A stretch of 64,000 nucleotides of DNA. It comes from Paraphysomonas bandaiensis (Eukaryota > Protista > Chrysophyceae). The stretch lies in assembly GCA_965644295.1 (NCBI GenBank), contig CBFFRP010000218.1:314535-378534 (forward strand). Direction: 5' to 3'. The position numbers were made by a program, and so were the translations under genes. Below, in pieces: positions 1 through 10,300 of the stretch. The notes below the pieces were generated by a model. The model saw nothing but the letters and a program-made list of their open reading frames with translations, searched no databases and was not told the DNA's origin. Every line of letters starts with the position of its first letter. The first letter of the stretch is position 1.

Positions 1-1450
1 CAGCGATTCTATTCAGTGATGTACAGCAGCGAATAAAGTAACAAAAGCAGTTGTGCTGGTAGACCAATAGACTCTCAAAAGGAAGCGGAGTAACAATGTG
101 ACACAAAAGCGTATATGTGTGGAGGTAGTCGATCCCTCTCTCAGAAGAAGATGACAGAGCTGCAAAGCGGCGAGTGCTAGAAATATACGATATAACAAGA
201 GCAATAGCAGAACGACAGAGTGCTGGGAATGCAGAATGATTTGTCATATCTGTACGGTGATTAGGAAAAGAATCAATAACAGCATCCAAAAATTTATGTA
301 GTAAATTGGCTACTTCTTGTATATAGACAGGAATTCCATGTGCCGAAGGGTCCATGCATATTTCGACAAAGCCGGGAGCGGACAAGAGTGCGCAGCAGAC
401 GCGTATCCGCTGAAATAGGCTACTGTACCCCTCCTCTTCTCGGAAGATAGCAGGGACATAATCTGTTGCCTCTTTCAGGAGCTCACAGATAAAATTAGAA
501 GCGATGGAGGCTTCGAGATTAGAAAATAGCCAATGGTTTTCAAGTTTAACAGTCACAGCCGGAACGTTTGCTTTGTCGTGACGGGGAAGCAGTCCATTCA
601 AATAGCTGGCAGCATCCCGCAAGTGATACCTAGTGAGGTCTAAACATACACCTGACAGCCGACAACGGGCGGTAAGTATACCACGAATCACGGAGCACGT
701 GTTTCGACCGCCGAGCACCGCAGCCTTGGTGAGGATCACGGGATATCTGTACCGCCCTGAATGATCTAGTACAGCACCCTCCTGGGAACTTCGCCTTTCA
801 AGCATGTCTAGGATCCTCTCTGTAACACAACTAACCAGGAGTGGCGATACTTGGGCAATTCGCATGACGTACTGATCTGCAATGGGAGATGAAAGAATAA
901 CTCGCAGTAGGGAACAAAAACAGTCCTCAGACTTCGAAGAGAGAAGCATAACAGCAAATATAAGGCCAATATCATCAATATATTCCTCAGCACAAAGAGT
1001 ACTATCTTGATGTAAAATTCCACCGCATTTTCGGAGAAATTCCACCTCCCCACACACAAAAGCAAACATCTCCTTCGCATTTGCACTTTCATATTCACTA
1101 GCACTGTAGTGCCGGGCCTGGTAGTCAGGGGGACAATGTAATACACAATCCCAATATTCCTTTAGCCGGCGAACCTACACATGAATTAACATGATTCAGA
1201 CCGAAATGCAGATACTCACAGTGCAGTATGTCCAAGTTAGCGCAGTATTTCTCTTTAGTCGTGCAATTATTTCCACTAATGCGATGCGTTTGCTAGAAAG
1301 AACATACACGAATACGCATAGATCGTTGAAACCATTATTAACTTTATCAACTAACTTGCTAATAACGGAGTTGCTCTCCAGAGTGCAATCAGAGGCTGCA
1401 TGTCCTTTAGCTGCCATCACATCAAGCAAATATCTACAAGAGGTTTTCAA
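1..1450 (-). CDS. Large hypothetical protein, multi-exon, runs off the left window edge; 5' exons unresolved
   Basis: Manual translation shows a stop-free minus-strand frame from 1174 to position 1 (VRRLKEYWDCVLH...), absent from the ORF track because it has no stop in the window. A 45-nt phase-0 GTGAGT...TAG intron (1219-1175) joins it to ORF 1196..1450. No recognisable motif. Confidence 0.65.
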
Positions 1451-2116
1451 AAGAGTTAAGGGTAATTACCAGACATTAATGGATGGTTCTTATGGGCACT
1501 TCACTCCATTAGTTGCCTGTGCTACCGCCAGTGAAGTGGAAGGAATGTGGAGCACTCTAACCTGACATGCACATCTACATGCCTTAGGCCACTAATTATA
1601 GTGAGACAAAAGACAAAAAGACAGAAGACATTTTTCTGGAAAAATGTCTTCTGTCTTTGAAAAGCTGTAGTTATAGGAGGACAAAAGACAGAAATCCGTC
1701 GAAAGACAAAATGTCTTTTTGTCTTCGGCCGACAGAAAGACATAAATATGAGCAAATTTATGTCTTTTGTCTTCAAGGACAGAAATCGAGAGTGGAAGAC
1801 ATTTTTACACAATGGAGCTTCATTAATAGTTATACACCTCATAAACAGCACCAGGCGCAATGATTTATAGTCTCAAGGATTGGCAGAAGCTTGCCATTGC
1901 TTTGGCAGGCATGGAGACCCATGGTGTCAAGACCACGACGATTACAGAGCTTGGAGAAACATGTCGGTGAAACTACTTACGACACGCCGCACTCCTGTCA
2001 ACAATGAAAGCACTGACATCTACATCAATGAAACCGTATCCCTGACCGAGTATATTCCGGCAGGAACCATAACTATTATCAGATTGTGAAAGGTGAAGAG
2101 TGTGTGTTGATTTAAA

Positions 2117-2179
2117 CATACATATACATACATACATACATACATACATACATACATACATACATACATACATACATAC
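2117..2179. repeat. (TACA)n microsatellite
   Basis: Directly visible tandem TACA units with one early interruption. Confidence 0.95.
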
Positions 2180-2769
2180 AATAAGGAACTCTTTGGAATC
2201 AACTCTGAAACTATTTGGAAGAAATAAACAACACTGGAAATAAAGAAGGAAGTCAGTCATTAATGAGTTCACTCCAGATTTTGTTATCCTTTTGAATAAG
2301 GTATATATATCTTATAAAGTTATTCAATAGTAATATTTGTTGATGCAGGACGAAACAATACCGTCAGGCGTGCAGATGAGAGAGTTGCTCGTCAAGACGG
2401 TGGAGCTCTCCTGGAATCGTAAAGAAGCTGAAAGGATAAGAAGAGAGCTGGCACTAACAGCAACGCCAACCAATGGTAATTATCTTGGTCCGATTGATTG
2501 TCTGTTATCCATGCAAGTTCTGTTTGTTTTATACATATGTTGTTACTATATTATACACGTTAGTTATAATGACGTTTGTCAGTGTCAGTTTTAAATTCAC
2601 AACTTTGTTTATTACAATTGACTAATAATTATCACATGATCTAACTGTAAGATGCATTTAATCTTGCATGTAATCACAGATATATTGAATGGGATCTAAC
2701 TACACAAACAACTGAAATGTAGTGTATGTTGTACATATAACATATTGGCAACATATTGTAATAAACTAA

Positions 2770-3240
2770 ATATACACATTCAACTTCAATATTGGGTTAA
2801 CAGAAACTCACTTCTATCTTAAGTATCAATTATGATATTGGCAGTCATATGTATAGATATCGTTATATTACAAAATTATAGAGAAACCACAATGATGAGT
2901 CAACTATCAAAAGGAGTTCATCAAACACTCCAAGTCATCATCCGTCTTTCGTCTGATGTGGAAGATTATAATGATGTCAGTGCATGCGATCTATCTTCAT
3001 AACCTGGACTTCGAAACAAGAGCAAGAATATTACAGGAGAGTTTAAGTGCCATATTTGATGCTGTATAGGAAGTTAAGGGCAGTAACACCCAGCTCTTTC
3101 AACCCAGCTCTTTCAAGGTGTCCGTCACCACGTCGTGCGTATCAGGATTGTGCGCCTCATCTTACTATCATTCAAATCAGGTGCACTCGCAGAGGCTGAG
3201 CGTGTTTATATAAATGTGATGATGATGCTAATCAAGGCAT
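2770..3240 (+). repeat. Partial diverged copy of the ~845-bp repeat family
   Basis: Shares runs such as CATTCAACTTCAATATT..AACAGAA.CTCACTTCTAT and AAGAATATTACAGGAGAGTTTAAGT with 26060-26490. Confidence 0.85.
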
Positions 3241-3450
3241 TAAAAAGCATCGTGCTTGAAACATTTGATACGTAATTCCAAAACGCGTTCTGAATTTCTT
3301 GCCTGATGCAGTGTGACATGGTATATAATACAATACCAAAAGTCATACCTTCACAAGTTGTGGGGTCTCTTATCCTTGTATTCCTCAGCAGGAGTCCCCA
3401 TGGTGTGTTATCGTAGCCAATCCGTTCGTAGACATTTCTTCTTGCAAAGA
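3238..3450 (-). pseudogene. Truncated N-terminal fragment of a Harbinger-like transposase
   Basis: Splicing a 46-nt GT-AG intron (3348-3303) gives RRNVYERIGYDNTPWGLLLRNTRIRDPTTCEGKKFRTRFGITYQMFQ, resembling the TPWG..DP..GK.FR.RF.....F segment that precedes the DDE domain in Harbinger-type transposases. It ends where a copy of the ~845-bp repeat begins. Confidence 0.5.
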
Positions 3451-4395
3451 TACGATCCTAACTGGACGCTGGAGATTGCTTCATGAGCTGTTTGATCAAG
3501 GATGTCCTGCACAGACAACTTTCGGGACAATGCACTCACACATGAAATATCATGCTATCAACTTTACACAGTCACTTGTGACTTATGTCGATGCTTAATG
3601 CATTGCTTCGCAGTATATTCAGTGAGATCTAGCAAGCAGGGAATGAGTAGAATTCAAAATTCTAAAAAAAATCGCTGTTTTGTCTTTTGTCTTTCTGTGT
3701 GCACTATAATTACGGCTTCGTTTGCATCCGACAAAAACAATTTGGATGAAAAAAAATGTCTTTTGTCGTTTTGTCTTTTGTCTCCACTATAATTAGTGGC
3801 CTTAGGCCACTCTTCACTCTCCACACTCACCAGCAGCAGTCAGTGTACTCCACACTCTCCGTATTTTATACTGTATGTGTATATGAGTGCGGTATGAGGA
3901 ATACGTATATAATATCCGAAGAATACAGCAATGTGTACAGCAGTTGATGAGGTGGAGTTGGGAGGCTGCCAGTTGGGCCGCATCTATGAATGATGTGATG
4001 CGATATTTTGAAGTTGTCGAGTGGTACATTAACCAGACTATAAGAGACAACCATATCCAAAAGATATCGACTATTTCAGTGGAATAGTTGTTAATTTATA
4101 GTACGACAGTTCGAGTTCTTTCTTCTCCATGAGAGCCTGTGTTTAAGAGGATAACATACACTGCTTTTGAATATTTGGAGCCATATATACCACAGGTTTG
4201 ACTGCTATATATCGTTGTCATAGATTTCACTCATCATCACCTGTATTAATAATATTTTAGACTGTGTCAATATTGTTTTTGGAATGAGCAGTCCTTTCGC
4301 GAGTAATAATTGTGCCTCTTCAGCGTTACAAACAGATAAGAATATTATGAATGGACTGAAGGTACGTTTGAGCTGTTTCGATAAGTTTGTAATAT

Positions 4396-5589
4396 GTGGT
4401 ACAGCTTCTTGAAGATCTGGAGACCAGTTCAAATCCCGATGACATCAATACTTACAAAGCGAAGACTAGAGTTTTATTTGAGCAATTGCTTTTGAAATTG
4501 GAGGAAAATAGTGATCAGATATACTCACTTGAGCACCGCGTAAAGTATCTGGAGCAAGAGTGCGAAAGCAAGGATATACATATTGAAAAAATTACTGTTG
4601 CCATGCAAGAAGCTGTTGACGATTGTCGACAAGAAGCAGAAGATATGGTAGAGGAGATGGTGCGTAAGGTTTCAGCAGAAGTGAACCAACGAAGGGATGC
4701 GGAATTGCTGGTCTGCCGATTGCAAAGCGAGGTCTCTCGATTGAAGGTTATGAAATCACATATTTATCTTCTAAACTAATATTTATTACAGGATACTCTT
4801 CATCTTCAAAAGCTTCCTGGCATAGAACAGAATCTGGATGATATTATTATTGAAATTCAAGAGCGCGAGTCCAGGACCTTCGAAGAAGAGTTGGGTAATT
4901 TGAAAATGGAGCTACGTATGAAAGATGATGAACTGCAAACTCTTCGCCGACAGAGAGAGGCAGAAATGGAAGCAACAATATCTGTTGTTTCGGCTGCTCA
5001 GCAGAAGATTAATACCCTGCACCACCAAATGAAGGCATACGCACTGGCGCAGCAGCAACAGCGTGAGAGGGAATTGGCTCGGGAGCGATCCCCTCTCCTC
5101 ATGGTGGTAAGTACCGCTGTGAAAACAATAATTTCTGTCCATGTCAAACATGAATGTGCTCATTTCGTGATGCAGCCACAACAACCAAGGGAAGTGTACC
5201 TCAGTGACAGTGAGACTCTCCCAGTCGACTGTGAAGCAGAACCCTTTGAACATGATGCTTCGTCTGGGCTACATCCTCAGGGAAATGGGCAACGAGAAAA
5301 GAAGGCAGTTGTACCTCACAAAAAGAAGCAACGCAATCGTCGTTCCCGCAACAAGAAAAATCAGCAACAACAAGCTGCTGCGCCACCGGGCTCAGTAGAG
5401 AATCAGCAGCAGTTGTCTCCTGTGTCCTCTCGTACCTCTACCGGGGACCCACGGACAATATCAGCTCCTACCACTCCTTCCAGCTCAGTATCTACTCCGC
5501 AGGTGACATCACCTCCTACGAATGCATCAGGCACTGATCTTCGCCTAAAAAGCAAGACATTCTGGAGCGGTTTCAGACCGTCTGTGTAG
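4396..5589 (+). CDS. Hypothetical coiled-coil protein with low-complexity S/T/P/Q C-terminus, multi-exon; start uncertain
   Basis: ORFs 4396..4779 and 4891..5589 are E/Q/K/L-rich heptad-like sequence joined by a short GT-AG intron near 4748-4791. Confidence 0.65.
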
Positions 5590-5994
5590 GTCTCGGCCAT
5601 CCGAACTTCTTGTTCGTCTCTTGGAGGATATACACCAACTTTCACTGTGTGCAGTGGTACTGCTGCGGATGTCTGATCCATTGTTTTTTCGTGCTACGTT
5701 GTGCACTCTTTGTTTGCATGTACATTGACGGAAGCACTGCATGCATGTCAATTGGTGTGGAGGAGTTTACTATTTTACGGTGATGGATACTGTTGTCGGT
5801 GCGTGATGTACAAAGATAATATTCTTACATATGTCATAGTTGCTATGATAGATAGGTTAATTAATTAATTCCATCTGTTTAGAATTTGGTTATTCTCATG
5901 GCTTCAGTGTGTTATATTATCTTGGGGATTTAATTGCGAAAATGCCCCTCATAGCTACGCGTATCGAATTTCTACTAATAAATTCCGTGTATTG

Positions 5995-6300
5995 AATGTC
6001 TTATTATTAGAAATAGGCGTTTAAGAGTTAGTGTTTAACTCTGATATCCAACTACGTAACGCTACGAAAGCTGCTTGTGCGTCACCGCAAGCACCAAGGT
6101 GCAACCGCTTTCGCTCTATTACTCAAAGCAAACGGTGAGCAAGCAGAATGTTGATATACCTGACAACTGCTGACTTCAGGATTTTTGTGTCCTTAAGGTG
6201 AACATTCCGAATACTTGACTTCAGCAGGTAGCCCAATACCGAGGATGCCCTTGAGGTGGGCCCATTTCCGGATGCCTGTTTATTTATCAGGACTCAAAGA
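5995..6300 (+). repeat. Dispersed repeat family A (other copies ~33835-33985, ~34050-34195, inverted ~35290-35450)
   Basis: The core GCTGCTT.TGCGTC..CGCAAGCACCAAGGTGC.ACC.CTTTC.CTCTAT occurs at all four sites. GGATGCCCTTGAGGTGGGCCCATT is shared in inverted form near 35310. Confidence 0.8.
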
Positions 6301-6711
6301 CGACTACACAAGTGACACTTACTTATTAGTGCCCCTTGTACCACACAAGTATTCGGCTATGAGTGGGCAGAAAATTATCTGCTGACTAACTATATATGCG
6401 GCCCACGTTAGTTTTTCGGAGAAATATATCCGGCACTTATCCCCCAGAACAAGGTGCGAGTCCGACTGTGTAGAGGGCTGTATTCAGTTAATTCTAGTGC
6501 TCAGTGTCATATTCTGTTCGTGCGTACATGCACACCTTATTTTATATATTATATATAATATCTTATACATCCTACTTATACTTTCCGAAACTCTCCCGCC
6601 CCTTACTACCTTTTCTACATGGCCTAAACATTATTTCAAGATTAGTTTCATGCTGCATTGTTTTCTTTTTTGTCGCTCTCAATATACATGACTTTGTTGA
6701 ATATTAGAAAA

Positions 6712-6884
6712 CAGGGCTGCGTATCAACTAATTGCTAAATTAATAGACGCAGGTAGTAAGCAATAATAATTGCAATTATAACTTGCTGTCTCAATTCCAA
6801 TTATTGCAGATTCTTGACGCCTATTGCTCAAAATAAGACTTTTGTGCAATTAATTTGAACTCAAATAATTGATACGTAGCCCTG
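6712..6884. mobile_element. MITE (173 bp) with CAGGG termini
   Basis: Inverted ends CAGGGCTGCGTATCAA / TTGATACGTAGCCCTG, flanked by a 7-bp direct repeat TAGAAAA (6705-6711, 6885-6891). Related ends occur at ~13860 and ~56990. Confidence 0.75.
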
Positions 6885-7325
6885 TAGAAAATGGCAAAAC
6901 TGATCATTTAAAAGAATTACCTCTTCACTCAGTTCAGCGTACATCAATTTTTGTATCACAAGGTAATTTGTCTATTATTTCCAGCCCCGACTTAGATGCT
7001 TTTAGTACGTATTACGTATACATCACATACAAATAAAACGTTAATCTGTTACTCCTAAATATATCGGCGATCTGCATTCTAACAGTCTAACAGTGACAAG
7101 AAAAATCCAGTGTTGGAATTTGATTAAGATTTCATCACAATTGTAAAATAATTATCTGGATTCAGTTTACACTATTTTATTATACATTCGTAGAGAGTGT
7201 GGCATCACCGTTTTTTAACTACCACTCATATTAGATACAGTGCAGTTACTAGATGTTAATATTATTCGAGTTAGAGGGTCTATATATACCAACAACAAGC
7301 TGGAAAAAAACGTCCGACATTTCTG

Positions 7326-10300
7326 TTATTGGAATAGAAATCGCATATCATCAACAGTTAGCCGCACCATAGAGCTTGCGTCGCCACCAACAGTGCCATC
7401 AAAGACGAGCTTTTTCTTTTCTTGTAGCCGCAATATGCGCTCCTCAATCGAATCTTCCACGATAAAGCGCGTGGCAAATATAGGCTTATGCTGTCCCAAA
7501 CGATGAGTTCTGTCGATTGCCTAAGAATAAAACTGAACAGTCAGTTGACATAACGTATATATATAAACCTGCATTTCAGCAGCCGGATTCCACCAAGGAT
7601 CCATAATAAAAATATAATTGGCGGCCGTTAAATTTAACGCAACGCCTCCAGCTTTAAGAGAAATCAATAACACGCTCATGTCAGGACTTTCGTGGAAATT
7701 TTTTATAATCTGCGGTAGTGTGTGAGTAACAAGGAGAGACAATTAACTCCGAGCACAACCTTGTCCCTTGCGTCTATATTCATACTTCCCACAAGCTTGG
7801 AACAGTTGATTCCCCCAAGTTGTATGCGATATTCAATGAGCTGCGCATATCAGATAAAAGACATAAATACGAAGCTACTCACATCAAGAAAATTCACAAA
7901 TTGGCTAAACACAATTGCTTTTGCTCCAGGATCCGCAGATAACATAAAGTTCAGCTCCTACGAGCAGCACTTATTGTGACGATACATTAAAATCCGATTA
8001 CTATGTTACCTGCATTAATGCCTCCAGCTTGGTGCTTGACTGAAAAGAGTCCAGCTTTATTTTACTAAGAAATGATTTCTTTCTAGACTTCGATGAGTCC
8101 CATATCGACAGGCCATTATCGGGCAGCGTGGCACTATCACGAGGTTTCTCAAGTTCTACTGAAAGTGGTTTCTCACACTGTGGGCATACCGCAGAGTCAG
8201 TAGCAGATTCGGACTGTAAAACATTCAGATACTCCAATACACAAGGCTCACAGAAACAATGACCACACTGAGCTAATCTGGGCTCTTCAATTGGTTCGTG
8301 GCAAAAACCACAGGTACTAAGATCAGAATTCAACTCAGTAGATATTGCTGTTGACGCAGCAGCCGATGAGTCATACGATGACATACCATTTTCGTAATAT
8401 TTATCACTGTGCAGTACCAAATAAGGGTGATCAACTACTTGCCGCAATCTAATTAATATGTCAAATATATGCGCATAATTATGAAGAACTGTTCCCGATG
8501 CAACATAAGTATTAAACTGGGCTTGAGATTGGGTGTATAAAGCTTGGTAAAAATCTTCTTCTTGAAGATCCATTTTATCCATCCGTACTTTTACGATCCT
8601 ATAATATATCTTGATGGTACGAAGTAGAATTTTAAAATGCCACACCTTTGAGGCAATTGAATATCACTAGATCTCGTATTTTTCGTGCGCCGGAGAAGAA
8701 TTTCGTCAAGAACCTAAGCGAAATTAGCTTGCAATAAAGCAACGCGTACTGACCTGCTCTTTTAGTGTTAACATAGCCCGTTTACCTTCTCCAATGTATC
8801 CTGTTCGTTTTATGGGGTTAAGAATGTGCTTATTAAAATGGCAAAAGTGCTGCATCGCAGTGTGCCCACAATCATCACAAAGCCCATTAGTGAATCTCTG
8901 ACAAAGTATATCACTGTAATTGAATATATCCTTTCGTCAATATAACTTACATAATGCAAACTCTTACAATTGCAAGACTTGGTTCGACAGAAATAAAACG
9001 CAAACGGATCCATTCGAAGAAACCTTACAAGTGAATATAATTCCCCGACGCGATTTTGAAGAGGAGTTCCAGTTAAACACCATTTATTCAACGAAACCAA
9101 ATTAAAAACAGCTTTCGCGGTTGATGTACTGCGATCCTTTATTAGGTGGGCCTCATCTAACACTACTCTGAACCAGGAAACTGAGTGCAGCAGAGATGGA
9201 ACCGATTCGCGAGTGGCTTTTTTGGTAGCCAATGCAATCGCCTTTTCAACCTCCAAGTCTTCCCAATCGTCATTCGCAATAAACTTTTTTGCCTTATACT
9301 TAGATTTAGCCTTGGAACTTGATGCATCATCATCTTCCTCAGAGCTCGAGGAAGCGCTGTCCGCGTAGTCACTGTCACTTGCTGATAAGCTCTTCTTACT
9401 AGATGTAATACGTTTACTAGATTTACCAGAACGACGCGACTTATTCACGCCGTTAGTACGCAGTCTACTATCCTCACTTCCTTTCTTTTTAGTCCCTATA
9501 CCTTTGGAGTTATTAGACGTTCGAGACTTCCTAATCATCTGCTTCTGGCGGTCAATATCATCTTCACTGCTGGAGTCATCACTAGATAGCACTTTTCGTT
9601 TTCTACTCATCTTCTTTGGGCCCTTTAACTCAACAACGCTCCTATCCGACTTTGCCGTTCGAATTATCCGCTTTTGTCTATCAATATCATCCTCACTGCT
9701 TTCTGAATCGCCCACTTCAAAGACTTCGGGCGCTTTTCGATTCAGATTACTTCTTTTCCTCTCTGTCTTACTCTGAGCAATTGTTCTCTTCGAACTTTCG
9801 CCGCAGAAATATTTCCTATGCATGCGCAACTTCTCGGGATAGTATTTCTTTCCACAAATGGAGCATGTAATTTTTTTACCGGCAGTTTCGCGACGGTACT
9901 CCAATTCTAGTATTTTGTACGATGTTATGACAACATCAGCAGACTGCAACATCTTCAACGCATCTCGTCCTGCTCGACTATCCCCGTGATACACGTGCAA
10001 TGTGAGCGAACCAGGCCGCGTAAAACGCTTAATTTCAGTTTGCCACTGACGAATAGCAACCGTCGGGACAACGACCAATGTATTCGCACGCAATCTATGA
10101 TCCGGCTGCCTTCCATGTTCCTTGTCAGATCTAGAAAAAGAGTTATAATTTGAAGTATTCTAAATATTTCTTCAAACCTACCTATCCCATGTCGACCTTT
10201 GTTCCCTACTTTGTTGTCGTGGGCGGTTTCCTAAGATTGTACTTATCGTTTGAATGGTGTTGTGCGTAACAATATACTGCGGTTGCTAATGTGAAAACAC

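Larger units (their letters stand above)
1587..3801. mobile_element. Internally deleted PIF/Harbinger-like DNA transposon
   Basis: Terminal inverted repeats GGCCACTAATTATAGTG..AGACAAAAGACAAAA (from 1587) and TTTTGTCTTTTGTCTCCACTATAATTAGTGGCC (to 3801), flanked by TTA at 1584-1586 and 3802-3804. A 3-bp TTA/TAA target duplication is typical of PIF/Harbinger. A transposase-like fragment lies inside. Confidence 0.75.
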
